64,000 nucleotides of DNA from the NCBI GenBank assembly GCA_963674755.2, contig CAXXVS010000002.1, positions 96,001-160,000 of the forward strand. The letters run 5' to 3'. Source of the DNA: Desulfobacterales bacterium (GTDB taxonomy: Bacteria > Desulfobacterota > Desulfobacteria > Desulfobacterales > UBA5852). The notes beneath the pieces were generated by a model. The model was not told the origin of the DNA, searched no databases, and was given only the letters and a program-made list of their open reading frames with translations. The position numbers and the translations under genes are program-made. Below are positions 37,139-47,104 of the stretch, piece after piece (within the stretch, counting starts at the first letter, position 1; each line of letters begins with the position of its first letter).

Positions 37139-38140
37139 ATGCAGCCGGATATCGTTGCCCTGGGAGAACCGTTGATCGAATTCAGTGCGGCGGCATCGGG
37201 CGCTCTGGTGGACGGGGCGCCGTTTGTGGCCGGCTGCGGCGGCGATACGTGCAACTTCGTCGTGGCCGTGAGCCGTCTGGGCGGCCGGGCCGGCTACATT
37301 GCCCGGATCGGCGACGACCCGTTTACCGGCCTGCTGCGACACCGGTGGGAACAAGAGGGGGTGGATGCGACGTATGTCGGGGTCGATCCGTCGGCCCGCA
37401 CCGGGATCTACTTCATCACTCGGGAAAACAATGCGCATACCTTTACCTATTACCGCAAGGATTCCGCCGCCAGCCGCATCACCCCGGATGATCTGCCGCA
37501 AGACTATATTCGCAAGGCCCGCTGGCTGCATGTATCCGGCATCAGCCAGGCCATCAGCGAAACGGCTGCGGCGGCCGTGGACAAAGCCATCACCATTGCG
37601 CGCGAAGCCCGAACCATCGTCTCCTATGATCCGAATTTGCGCCTGAAATTGTGGGCCCTGTCCCAGGCCCGGGAGATCATCCACCGCACAGCCTCCCGTG
37701 TCGACGTCCTCCTGCCGAGCTACGAGGATGCCTGCCAGTTGACCGGTCTTCAGGATCCGGAGCAAATCGTGCGGACCTATCTGGCGATGGGGCCTGCGAC
37801 CGTGGTTTTGAAAATGGGGGCCGGGGGGGCTCTGCTTGGCGAGCAGAGCCCCCAGGGAGAGAACCCGGTCTTCACACGGGTGGCCGGTTGTCCGGTGGCG
37901 ACTGTCGATGCCTCGGGGGCCGGCGATTCTTTCGACGCGGCGTTTGCCGTCAGCTGCCTGGCCGGACAGCCGCCGGTGGCGTGTGTGCGGTTTGCCAACG
38001 CGGCCGGGGCCCTGGTGACGACCGGTATCGGAACCATTGCCCCCATACCGGACCGGGAGGCCGTGCAGGCGCTGATGGAGGGGCAGGGGCCGGCAACGAA
38101 TCAACCCCTAACGGGCGAAGCGGCCCGTGGCAAACCATAG
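37139..38140 (+). CDS. kdgK: PfkB sugar kinase, 2-keto-3-deoxygluconate kinase
   Basis: GGDTCN, TYYRKDSAAS, YDPNLR..LW, VDASGAGDSF; follows eda. Confidence 0.88.
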   Translation: MQPDIVALGEPLIEFSAAASGALVDGAPFVAGCGGDTCNFVVAVSRLGGRAGYIARIGDDPFTGLLRHRWEQEGVDATYVGVDPSARTGIYFITRENNAHTFTYYRKDSAASRITPDDLPQDYIRKARWLHVSGISQAISETAAAAVDKAITIAREARTIVSYDPNLRLKLWALSQAREIIHRTASRVDVLLPSYEDACQLTGLQDPEQIVRTYLAMGPATVVLKMGAGGALLGEQSPQGENPVFTRVAGCPVATVDASGAGDSFDAAFAVSCLAGQPPVACVRFANAAGALVTTGIGTIAPIPDREAVQALMEGQGPATNQPLTGEAARGKP

Positions 38141-38246
38141 AGCCGATCCCGGATACCGGCGGCATCCGACCGCTGTGTCAAGCGGTATGGGTAGACTTCC
38201 GGCGGACGGATCAAACACGCAACGTTAACTTCCGAGGAGGTGGACC

Positions 38247-39254
38247 ATGCAAAGGCGGACATTGACAATTTGGCTGATGGCAGTCGCGCTCATAACGGTT
38301 TTCGCAATGGGTGCGGACACCGTTCTGGCCCAAACCTATGTGTTCAAATACGCCAACACCCAATCCGAAAACCATCCCCGCAGCCAGTCGATGGTCTTTT
38401 TCAAAAACATGCTGGAAAAGGCTTCCGGCGGTCGGATCACGGTGGAACTCTATTTTTCAGGCGTGCTCGGAAAGGAGGCCGAGGTTTTGGACATGGTCAA
38501 GCTCGGCACCGTCCAGGGTTGCCGCGGCGGACTGTTCGAACGGGCCAACAAGAAATACCTCATGTACACTTTGCCCTTCTTATTCGAAAACGCCGACAAG
38601 GTCGTAGCGGTTATGCGCAGCGACCTGGGCCAGGCCATCAACAAAGGCGCTCTGGCCAACGGGTTTTACATTCCGGCCACCGGCGTGGCCGGCGGTATGC
38701 GCAACATTACCAACAGCAAGCGGCCCATTGCCACCGTCGCCGATCTGAAAGGCCTCAAGATGCGGACCCCGCCCATCGATGTCACCATCCGGACCTTTAA
38801 GGCCCTGGGCGCCAATCCCCAGCAAGTGGCCTATACCGAGACCTACATGGCCCTCAAGACGGGCGTCGTGGACGGGCAGGAAAACCCGTTCTCCAACGTG
38901 GTGGACATGAAATTCTACGAAGCCCAGAAATATCTCTCGGTCGTCAACTGGCAGGTGCACCCGGATCCCTTCTACGTCAATCCGGCCTGGTACAACGCCC
39001 TGCCGGATGATCTCAAGGCGCTTTTCGACGCCGTGGCCGAAGCCACCATGATCTACAGCGACACCATCTGGCTAAACAGCGAACAGAAGTATTTCAATAT
39101 TCTGAAGGAAAAGCTGGAAGTGAATTTCCTCGCACCCGAGGCGCGCAAGGGTTTTGTCAAAGGCGTCAAGGGCGTGTGGCAGTACTATGTGGACGAAGGC
39201 TACTTTACCATGGATGAAGTCAATCAGGCTCTGGCCATTGCGGCCAAGATGTAG
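38247..39254 (+). CDS. TRAP solute-binding protein DctP
   Basis: Signal peptide, GMRNITN, DLKGLKMR, DGQENP; GAGGAGG RBS. Confidence 0.93.
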   Translation: MQRRTLTIWLMAVALITVFAMGADTVLAQTYVFKYANTQSENHPRSQSMVFFKNMLEKASGGRITVELYFSGVLGKEAEVLDMVKLGTVQGCRGGLFERANKKYLMYTLPFLFENADKVVAVMRSDLGQAINKGALANGFYIPATGVAGGMRNITNSKRPIATVADLKGLKMRTPPIDVTIRTFKALGANPQQVAYTETYMALKTGVVDGQENPFSNVVDMKFYEAQKYLSVVNWQVHPDPFYVNPAWYNALPDDLKALFDAVAEATMIYSDTIWLNSEQKYFNILKEKLEVNFLAPEARKGFVKGVKGVWQYYVDEGYFTMDEVNQALAIAAKM

Positions 39255-39344
39255 TCCGCCTGACGGCTGGGCAGAGACCTGCCCGAGGACGTGACACCCG
39301 GCGCCGGACCTCCACCGGGAGGGCGGCGCCGGTCTCCCCTAACC

Positions 39345-39866
39345 ATGCCCATCGCCAGCGAGGTGCGCGTGCAACGGTTGACCGCTTGGGAAAAACAACT
39401 CGACCGCCTTCTCGAGACGGTCGTGACCCTGATGTTTTTCAGCATTCTGGTATTGACGATCCTGCTCGTGATCATGCGCTACGGGTTCAATTCGTCCATC
39501 ATCGGCGGCAACGAGGCCATGGAATACCTGTTTATCTACACCACGGCCCTGGGGGCCGCCGTGTCCGTGGGCAAAGGCACCCACATCCGCATATCCTTTC
39601 TGGTGGACCAGCTCAAGGGAACGCCGAAGCGTTGTGTGGATACGGTGGGTTATCTGCTGGTCGCATTTATCAATGTGATCATGATTTACTACAGCGCGCC
39701 CTGGATACGTTCGGCCGGCTATTTCGAATCGCCGGTGCTGCGCATCCCCAACTGGCTGGTCCAGATCAGCGTGCCCCTGGGTTGCAGCCTGGTGATTCTC
39801 TACTGTTTGAACCATGTCGTTCTCACGTGGACCGGACCTCCTGAGACAGCTACGGGTGAACGATGA
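39345..39866 (+). CDS. TRAP small permease DctQ
   Basis: VIMRYGFN, HIRI, four TM segments; start uncertain. Confidence 0.88.
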   Translation: MPIASEVRVQRLTAWEKQLDRLLETVVTLMFFSILVLTILLVIMRYGFNSSIIGGNEAMEYLFIYTTALGAAVSVGKGTHIRISFLVDQLKGTPKRCVDTVGYLLVAFINVIMIYYSAPWIRSAGYFESPVLRIPNWLVQISVPLGCSLVILYCLNHVVLTWTGPPETATGER

Positions 39867-41140
39867 TTATCCTGCTTGCCAGCCTCACGGTCTTCCTAAT
39901 TTTGGGCATCCCCATCGCCTATGCGCTGGGGTTGTCCGGCTTTTGTTATTTTTCCCTGGTGCACCCGGAACTGATCTCGATTCTGCCCCAGCGGTTCCTG
40001 GCCGGCATGGACTCCTATGCCATGATCGCCCTGCCGCTGTTTATCCTGATGGGGTTGTTGATGAACGCCGGCGGCATCACCACCCGTCTGATCGATTTCA
40101 GCCTGATCTTCGTGGGACGTCTGCGGGGCGGTTTAGGCGCGGTCAACGTTTTTGCCAGCATGGTGTTTGGCGGCATCTCCGGATCGTCGGTTTCCGACAC
40201 CGCTTCGGTAGGGGCCGTCCTCATTCCGGAAATGCAGAAGAAAGGCTACTCCCCCGAGTTTGCCGCCGGCATTACCGTGGCCTCCTCCACCATGGGGATG
40301 ATCATCCCGCCCAGCGTGCCCATGATCATTTACGCCCTGGTATCGGAGGAATCCGTCGGAAAATTGTTCTTAGGCAGCCTGATTCCGGGGCTTATGATCG
40401 GTGTGCTCATGCTGGGCATTACGATCTGCGTCTCATACTGGCGCAACTATCCCCGGGAAGAGGTGCGGCTTTCCACTCAACAGAAACTGGCCCGAACCCG
40501 TCAGTCGATCCTGGCGCTGATCATGCCGGTGTTCGTGGTGGGAGCCGTGGTCTTCGGGATCGCCACGGCCACCGAGTCGGCCGGAATCGGCGTGCTGTAT
40601 GCTTTTATCATCGGGGCCTTTGTCATTCGCGATCTCAAATTCAGGGCCATCCCGCCGCTGATGCGGGATGCCATCATGACCAGCGCCAATGTCATGATTA
40701 TTATCGCCTTGTCGAAGCTCTACATTTGGATCCTGGCCCTCGAGCGCATCCCCCAGCTGGTGGCCGTCTTTATTTCTGGTCTGGACCTGCCGGTGGTGGT
40801 CATCCTGTTTTTCATTGATATTATCATTCTGGCCACCGGTACCTTTGTGGATGTCAGCCCGGCCATTCTGCTGCTCACCCCCGTGTTTCTGCCGAGCATG
40901 GCGGCCCTGGGGGTCTCCCGCATTCAATTCGGGGTGATCCTCATTTCCGGTCTGGCCGTCGGTCTGGTAACGCCCCCTGTGGGGATGTGTCTGAATGTGG
41001 CTTCGGCCATTTCCAAGCTCGGCATCGGGAAAATTTTTCGCGGTGCCCTGCCGTTTCTGCTGGCCAACCTGACTACCCTGCTGGCGATCACCTATCTGCC
41101 CCAGTTGAGCATGTGGTTGCCGGCCTTGTTTTTTGAGTAG
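39863..41140 (+). CDS. TRAP large permease DctM
   Basis: ALPLFILMG, FGGISGSSVSD, IIPPS, TATES, TPPVG. Confidence 0.95.
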   Translation: MIILLASLTVFLILGIPIAYALGLSGFCYFSLVHPELISILPQRFLAGMDSYAMIALPLFILMGLLMNAGGITTRLIDFSLIFVGRLRGGLGAVNVFASMVFGGISGSSVSDTASVGAVLIPEMQKKGYSPEFAAGITVASSTMGMIIPPSVPMIIYALVSEESVGKLFLGSLIPGLMIGVLMLGITICVSYWRNYPREEVRLSTQQKLARTRQSILALIMPVFVVGAVVFGIATATESAGIGVLYAFIIGAFVIRDLKFRAIPPLMRDAIMTSANVMIIIALSKLYIWILALERIPQLVAVFISGLDLPVVVILFFIDIIILATGTFVDVSPAILLLTPVFLPSMAALGVSRIQFGVILISGLAVGLVTPPVGMCLNVASAISKLGIGKIFRGALPFLLANLTTLLAITYLPQLSMWLPALFFE

Positions 41141-41204
41141 CAATGATCTCCGCGTTTTGAGATAATGTCCAAACGTTAAAACGCCTTATGGAAAGAGGGA
41201 AAAA

Positions 41205-42038
41205 ATGATGGAAATTCGACAGGCCGTTCATCCTGAACATGCCGCCATGTTTGCAACCGAAGACTTGCGAGCCCACTTCCTCATCGAGGATCTCTTCCGG
41301 CCGGGAGAGACCCGGATGGTCTACAGCTATTACGATCGGTTGATTGTGGCGGGCGTCGTGCCCCAGGACAAGTTGGAGCTCGCTGTGGACGAGAAGATCA
41401 TCGGCGCCTCCCATCTTCTCGAGCGCCGCGAGATGGGCATCATCAACATCGGCGGCGAAGGGACCCTTACCGTGGACGGTACGGACTACCCCATGGCCCC
41501 GCGGGACGGGCTCTACGTCGGCATGGGCCGCCGGGAGATTATTTTCCGGAGTGCGGATGCCGCCCGTCCGGCCAAGTTTTATGTCAACTGCGCTCCGGCC
41601 CACAAGACCTACCCCACCGTCAAGGTCGCTTTTGCCGAAGCGGATCCCATCCATCTGGGAGAGATGGAGAACAGCAACAAACGCACGATCCGCAAATATT
41701 TTCACCCCGAGGGCGTGCGCAGCTGCCAGCTGGTGATGGGCATGACCACCCTGGAGAAGGGATGCGTCTGGAACACCATGCCGGTTCATACCCACCCCCG
41801 CCGCATGGAAGCCTACCTCTACTTCGACATGGCCGAAGACAATGTGGTGTTTCATTTCATGGGCGAGCCCGCGGAAACCCGGCATCTGGTGGTGCGCAAC
41901 GAACAGGCGGTGCTTTCCCCCAGCTGGTCGATCCACTCCGGTTCAGGCACGGGCAGTTACACCTTTATCTGGGGCATGGTGGGGGAGAACCAGACGTTTA
42001 CGGATATGGATGGGGTGGCGATGACCGACCTCCGGTGA
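41205..42038 (+). CDS. kduI: 4-deoxy-L-threo-5-hexosulose-uronate ketol-isomerase
   Basis: LERREMGIINIGG, WNTMPVHTHPRRMEAY, SPSWSIHSG, FIWGMVGENQ. Confidence 0.97.
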   Translation: MMEIRQAVHPEHAAMFATEDLRAHFLIEDLFRPGETRMVYSYYDRLIVAGVVPQDKLELAVDEKIIGASHLLERREMGIINIGGEGTLTVDGTDYPMAPRDGLYVGMGRREIIFRSADAARPAKFYVNCAPAHKTYPTVKVAFAEADPIHLGEMENSNKRTIRKYFHPEGVRSCQLVMGMTTLEKGCVWNTMPVHTHPRRMEAYLYFDMAEDNVVFHFMGEPAETRHLVVRNEQAVLSPSWSIHSGSGTGSYTFIWGMVGENQTFTDMDGVAMTDLR

Positions 42039-42453
42039 GCCGGCTGGGATGGCGTCTTTCGGCCCCCGGCGGCGTTCTCGCCCCTTTGCCGTCCTCGACG
42101 CAGCCGGGCTGCGCCTGCGGGGTCAAAAGGGGCTGCGGCCTTGCCGGAGACCGAAATCCACCACCCCAGCCGGCTCACGGGTGGTGGTAATGGCGGCGAC
42201 ATCTTTCGGTCCCCGGGGGCCTTTTCGCCCCTTTGCCGTCCTCGAGGCAGCCGGGCTGCGCCTGCGGGGTCAAAAGGGGCTGCGGCCTTGCCGGAGACCG
42301 AAATCCACCACCCCAGCCGGCTCACGGGTAGTGGTAATGGCGATGGCATCTTTCGGCCCCCGGGGGCCTTTTCGCCCCTTTGCTGTCCTCGAGGCAGCCG
42401 GGCTGCGCCTGCGGGGTCAAAGGGGGCTGCGGCCTTGTTGGAGAACAGAATCT
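42035..42453 (+). repeat. three tandem family 1 units (147-bp period), copies D1-D3
   Basis: D1 42035-42178 has a perfect 14-bp TIR GTGAGCCGGCTGGG; CCGAAATCCA recurs at 42151 and 42298; the third unit is truncated at copy E. Confidence 0.9.
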
Positions 42454-42599
42454 TTAGAACGTATCTCAAAATTAAGATCAGGGTTCCTGACAAGGCGTGG
42501 GACGGCGAAAAAGCGGAGCATACACGAAGTATGTGAGCATTTTGAGCCGGCTCACAACGCCGTCAGGGGCACTTAGATTATTTTTGAGATACGTTCTAA
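42454..42599 (-). repeat. palindromic element family 1, copy E (reverse orientation)
   Basis: Perfect 18-bp TIR TTAGAACGTATCTCAAAA...TTTTGAGATACGTTCTAA; CAAGGC, hairpin CATACACGAAGTATG, AACGCC. Confidence 0.85.
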
Positions 42600-42634
42600 C
42601 CGTGACAGCGGTTTCCCAGGGGGAAGGAGAAGCC

Positions 42635-43396
42635 ATGATTTTGAAGCAATTTGATCTTACCGGGAAGGTGGCCATCGTGACCGGGAGCAGCACCGGTCTG
42701 GGGGCCGGAATGGCGCTGGGTCTGGCCGAGGCCGGGGCGGATATCGTCGGGGTCTACAATCGGGACGCTCCGGAAAACGCGGGCCAGATCGAAGCATTGG
42801 GGCGCCGTTTCGTGGGGGTTCAGGCCGACCTGAGCACCACCGCCCCGCTGGCGAAGATCGTTGCGCAAGCCGTGGAAGCGCTTGGCCGCGTGGACATCCT
42901 GGTCAACAATGCCGGTATCATCAGGCGCAACAAGGCCCTCGATTTTTCCGAAGAGGACTGGGACGACGTGATGAACGTCAACCTGAAATCCCTGTTCTTT
43001 CTCTCCCAGGCAGCGGCCCGGCAGTTCGTCAAACAGGAATCCGGCGGCAAGATTATCAATATCGCTTCTATGCTGTCTTTCCAGGGGGGCATCCTGGTGC
43101 CCTCCTACACGGCCAGCAAAAGCGGCGTGATGGGGCTTACCCGTCTGCTGGCCTGCGAGTGGGCCCCCCACGGCATCAACGTCAATGCCATCGCCCCGGG
43201 CTACATGGCCACCCGCAACACCCGGCCCATCCAGGACGATCCGGTGCGCAACACGCAGATCCTGGCCCGCATCCCGGCCGGCCGCTGGGGAACGCCCGAA
43301 GATCTTCAAGGCACGGTGGTCTTTCTGGCTTCGGCCGCATCGGACTATATGCAGGGGTATACGATTGCGGTGGATGGGGGCTGGCTGGCACGCTAG
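42635..43396 (+). CDS. kduD: 2-dehydro-3-deoxy-D-gluconate 5-dehydrogenase
   Basis: NNAGIIRR, IASMLSFQGGILVPSYTASKS, RIPAGRWG, VDGGWLAR. Confidence 0.96.
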   Translation: MILKQFDLTGKVAIVTGSSTGLGAGMALGLAEAGADIVGVYNRDAPENAGQIEALGRRFVGVQADLSTTAPLAKIVAQAVEALGRVDILVNNAGIIRRNKALDFSEEDWDDVMNVNLKSLFFLSQAAARQFVKQESGGKIINIASMLSFQGGILVPSYTASKSGVMGLTRLLACEWAPHGINVNAIAPGYMATRNTRPIQDDPVRNTQILARIPAGRWGTPEDLQGTVVFLASAASDYMQGYTIAVDGGWLAR

Positions 43397-43398
43397 CC

Positions 43399-43542
43399 CG
43401 TGTCCGTCCAGAAATGGTCTTTTTTGCCTCGGTCGGCGTTTACTTCGGGTTTAGCGGCTGCAACGTACGAAAGTACGCTTCGCCGCAACCCCTCGTGTGG
43501 CCTTGACCAAAACAAAAAATCCTTATTTCTGAACCGGACACG
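43399..43542 (+). repeat. palindromic element family 1, copy F
   Basis: TIR CGTGTCCGTCCAGAAAT...ATTTCTGAACCGGACACG; GGCGTT, hairpin CGTACGAAAGTACG, GCCTTG; between convergent genes. Confidence 0.8.
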
Positions 43543-43571
43543 TTCGGTTTTGTTCGGAATCATATCCCTTT

Positions 43572-44723
43572 TTAGATGTCGAGATCTTCCAGAGCCACCC
43601 ATTTGCCGAGCTTTTCGGACAGCAGGGCGGCTTCGGCCAGTTGCACGCCTTTGGCGCCTTCCCGCAGATTCCAGGGAAAGGGCTCATCCAACACGACATG
43701 CCGCAGGAAATGCTCCCACTGGGCCCGGAAGGGATTTAAGTAGTCTTCCTGGTCAGGCACCCGGCCCCATTGGTCGCGGTAGGGCTCCGTGTTCGGGCGT
43801 TCGGGATCCCAGACCGGCCGGGGCGTTTGACCGTAATGCTGGAGCGCGCATTCCCGCAGGCCGGCCGAAGCCGATCCCTGGGTGCCGTCCACTTTGACGG
43901 TCAACAGGTCGTCGCGATGGACGCGTTCGGCCCAGGAGCAGGAGACACGGGCCACGATGTCTTCTTCCAGCCGCAGGAGAAGGTAGGCCGCATCTTCCAC
44001 GTCGCAGCGGTAGCGCCGGCCGTTTTCGTCGATTCGTTCCGGGATGTGGGTAGCCATGTGGCAGAACACCTGGCGGATGGGGGCGATAAGATTGTCCAGG
44101 ATGCAGCGGATGTGGGGCATCATGTCCAGGACGATGCCGCCCTGGGTTTCCTGGCGGTAGTTCCAACTGGGCCGCTGGGCCGGAACCGTGTGGCCCTCGA
44201 ATATCCAGTAGCCGAACTCGATCTGGACCGACAGGATCCGGCCGAAAAAGCCGTTTTCGACCAGGCGCCGGAGTTTGATCAGACCCGGGAGCCAGAGTTT
44301 GTCCTGCACTACTCCATGTTTGAGGCCCTTGTCCCGGCAGGCCCGGTAGAGGGCCATGGCGGTATCGGTGTCGGTGGCCGTGGGTTTTTCGCAATAGATG
44401 TGTTTGCCGGCCTGGATGGCCTGCTGGATGGCCTCGGCCCGCAGGCCGGTGACCTGGGCGTCGAAATAGACCGGGTAGGCGTCGTTGTCGAGGTAGGGGG
44501 CGAGCGCCGTGGCGACCGCGGTCACCCCGGACTGGCGGGCCAGGGCGGCCAGTTTTTCCGGGTTGCGCCCGATGAGGACCGGATCGGGCAGAATGACTTC
44601 GCCGGGCTGGAGCACCAACCCGCCTTCGTTGCGGATAGCGGCAATGGCACGCAGCAGGTGCTGGCGGGTCCCCATGCGGCCGGTAACGCCGTTCATGATG
44701 ATGCCCAGGCGGTGTTCTTTCAT
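43572..44723 (-). CDS. Gfo/Idh/MocA-family oxidoreductase
   Basis: IIMNGVTGRMG, HIYCEKP, VVQDKLWLPG, QRPSWNYR..GGIVLDM. Confidence 0.9.
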   Translation of the reverse strand: MKEHRLGIIMNGVTGRMGTRQHLLRAIAAIRNEGGLVLQPGEVILPDPVLIGRNPEKLAALARQSGVTAVATALAPYLDNDAYPVYFDAQVTGLRAEAIQQAIQAGKHIYCEKPTATDTDTAMALYRACRDKGLKHGVVQDKLWLPGLIKLRRLVENGFFGRILSVQIEFGYWIFEGHTVPAQRPSWNYRQETQGGIVLDMMPHIRCILDNLIAPIRQVFCHMATHIPERIDENGRRYRCDVEDAAYLLLRLEEDIVARVSCSWAERVHRDDLLTVKVDGTQGSASAGLRECALQHYGQTPRPVWDPERPNTEPYRDQWGRVPDQEDYLNPFRAQWEHFLRHVVLDEPFPWNLREGAKGVQLAEAALLSEKLGKWVALEDLDI

Positions 44724-44772
44724 GGCGTCTCGCTTCCTGAAGTGGGGGTCCGGGTTTCCTTCCTGGGCCATG

Positions 44773-45870
44773 CTATCGGAAGGGCCTGCGGGCCGGAGTC
44801 CGTTTCAAGGGAAGATGAACCGGGCGTCCGCCGGCCAGGGCCGAGCGGTAGATGGCCAGAATGATTTCGATGGACTTGCGGCCCTCGGGGCCGTCCACCA
44901 TGGGGGCGGATCCTTTTTTGAGCGCTTTCACCATATCCTCGAAGGCCCTCTGGTGGGGCACGAAATCGATGGCCGCCGGGTCGGCGGCACCGGCGCCGGG
45001 GTCGTCCGCTGGGGCAAACTTTGCCCGGATCTTGCGGTCCGCAGCGTGCTTGCGGCGGAATTCCCATACGGTAAAGCTGTTGTCCTGCATGAAGATCGAC
45101 CCGTCCGACCCGCACATGTGGACTTCGGCCGGGTTGCCCGCAGGCGCGTAGCAGGCCGTGGAACCCTCGATGACCCCCAGGGCACCGTTTTTGAATTTAA
45201 GGACGGCCACGGCATTGTCTTCGGTTTCGATGCGCACATGACTGCGGCGATCGGCAAAGCCGCAGACCCATTCGACGTCTCCGGCCAGGTAGTAAAGCAG
45301 GTCGATGGTGTGGATGGACTGATTGATGAGGGCGCCGCCCCCATCCAGCTTCCAGGTCCCGCGCCAGGCCCCGCTGTCATAGTAGTCCTGGGTGCGGTAC
45401 CATTTGATGTAGGCGTCCGCCAGGCTGATGCGCCCCAGCCGCCCGGCCGCCACGGCCTTTTTGAACTGCTGGGTGGCCTCCAGGAAACGGCGCTGGAAAA
45501 TGCCTGCCAGCATGACGCCGTTTTCACGACAGGCCCGGATCATGCGGTCCACCCGTTCGAGGGTGACTTCCAACGGTTTTTCGCAGATGACGTGCTTGCC
45601 GGCCCGGGCCGCCTGTTCGGCCGGTTCCAGGTGCGCCCCGCTGGGGGTGGCGATGGCCACGATGTCCAACGCCGGGTCGGCCAGGAAGGCCTGATAATCC
45701 GAATAGGCGCTGCAGCCATAACGATCGGCCAGGCGCTGGGCATTGGTCGGCTGGCGTGAAAACACGCCGACCAGGCGGCCGCCCCGCATGGCGCTGATGG
45801 CCTGGGCATGGAAATCGGCCACCATGCCGCAGCCGACGATCCCGATGCCGAAATTGTTTTTCTTCGCCAT
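44773..45870 (-). CDS. Gfo/Idh/MocA-family oxidoreductase
   Basis: GIVGCG, TPSGAH, HVICEKP, WRGTWKLDGGGALINQSIH. Confidence 0.92.
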   Translation of the reverse strand: MAKKNNFGIGIVGCGMVADFHAQAISAMRGGRLVGVFSRQPTNAQRLADRYGCSAYSDYQAFLADPALDIVAIATPSGAHLEPAEQAARAGKHVICEKPLEVTLERVDRMIRACRENGVMLAGIFQRRFLEATQQFKKAVAAGRLGRISLADAYIKWYRTQDYYDSGAWRGTWKLDGGGALINQSIHTIDLLYYLAGDVEWVCGFADRRSHVRIETEDNAVAVLKFKNGALGVIEGSTACYAPAGNPAEVHMCGSDGSIFMQDNSFTVWEFRRKHAADRKIRAKFAPADDPGAGAADPAAIDFVPHQRAFEDMVKALKKGSAPMVDGPEGRKSIEIILAIYRSALAGGRPVHLPLKRTPARRPFR

Positions 45871-46111
45871 GGGGGACCTCCTTTTCAGGGGATGCGAGGG
45901 GGGAAGCAGAATCGTGACGGCGCCTGTCAGTGCTGCCTGGAATTGTGAAACATGAATGGTTACTACTGTATCGCCGGGGGCGCTGTCAATACGACCTGAA
46001 AAGGGTTGTCAAGACCGAAAGCGTGTGCTTTTGGAGGTTATGGATGGATAGACCGGCGGGCATCGGATGATCCCGCCCGTGTTGGGAATGGGATCGAAAG
46101 GGGGAACGGCT

Positions 46112-47104
46112 ATGCACACGCTCAAATGGGGTATTATCGGATGCGGCGATATCGTCCGGCGCCGGGTGGCGCCGGCCCTGGCAACGCTGCCCGGCTGCGA
46201 AATCGCGGCCGTGGCCCGCCGCAATCCGGACGGCCTCGAGGATTGCTGCCGTGAACTGCAGGCCGGACGGGGGCATGCCGACTGGCGGGACCTGGTGCAG
46301 GACGCCGCCCTCGATGCGGTGTATATCGCCACACCGGTTAGCGTCCATTGCGAACAGGTCCTTGGGGCCCTGGCAAACGGCAAGCATGTGCTCTGCGAAA
46401 AGCCTTTGGGCATGGATGCGGCCGAGTGCCGGCAAATGCTGGCGGCCGGCCGGCAGGGCGCGGCCGCGCTCGGCGTGGCCTATTACCGCCACTACTATCC
46501 CGCGGTTCTCAGGCTGAAGGAGATCATGGCGTCGGGAGAGATCGGCGATGTTCTTTCCATGACCCTGACCGCCTGCGAGACATTTCTTCCGGAGGAGACC
46601 CATCCCCGCCGCTGGATTCTGGACAAATCCACGGCGGGCGGGGGCAGCCTGATGGATTTCGGCTGCCATCGCATCGAAATCCTGCTGCATCTTCTGGGCC
46701 GGGAAACCGCGGCCGGCGGGGTCTGGGGCAACGTTTACAACGATCACGACGTGGAGGATACCGCCACGCTGGCCGTTCGTTTCGAAACCGGCGCCACGGG
46801 CGTCGTGAGCGTCACACGGGGCGGCACCCTCGAACGGGATGTCGTCCAGGTTCAGGGAACCCGGGGCATGGCGCAGGTCGATCATCTGAACGGCGGTTGG
46901 CTGACCGTGACCGGTGATGCCGGGACCCGGCAGGAGACCCTGCCCTGCCACGCCAACCCCCACCTCCCTCTGATCGAGGCCTTCTGTCGTGCGATTGGGG
47001 AAAAGCGGCCGCCCGACGTCGGCGCCGAAACCGGCTGGCGGGTCCAGCGCATCATCGACGCCGTCTACCGGAATACCGCCTTCACCGACGGAGACATGTC
47101 ATGA
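46112..47104 (+). CDS. Gfo/Idh/MocA-family oxidoreductase
   Basis: WGIIGCG, YIATP, HVLCEKP, GGGSLMDFGCH. Confidence 0.92.
   Translation: MHTLKWGIIGCGDIVRRRVAPALATLPGCEIAAVARRNPDGLEDCCRELQAGRGHADWRDLVQDAALDAVYIATPVSVHCEQVLGALANGKHVLCEKPLGMDAAECRQMLAAGRQGAAALGVAYYRHYYPAVLRLKEIMASGEIGDVLSMTLTACETFLPEETHPRRWILDKSTAGGGSLMDFGCHRIEILLHLLGRETAAGGVWGNVYNDHDVEDTATLAVRFETGATGVVSVTRGGTLERDVVQVQGTRGMAQVDHLNGGWLTVTGDAGTRQETLPCHANPHLPLIEAFCRAIGEKRPPDVGAETGWRVQRIIDAVYRNTAFTDGDMS

Noticed and set aside
42035..42453. Possible CRISPR array or 49-aa repeat protein
   Set aside because: Units are 147 bp and near-identical with no unique spacers or cas genes; the ORFs are translations of the palindromic element.
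42454..42599. Family 1 elements as integron attC sites
   Set aside because: No consistent RYYYAAC...GTTRRRY ends, no integrase, and the flanking genes are ordinary operon members.
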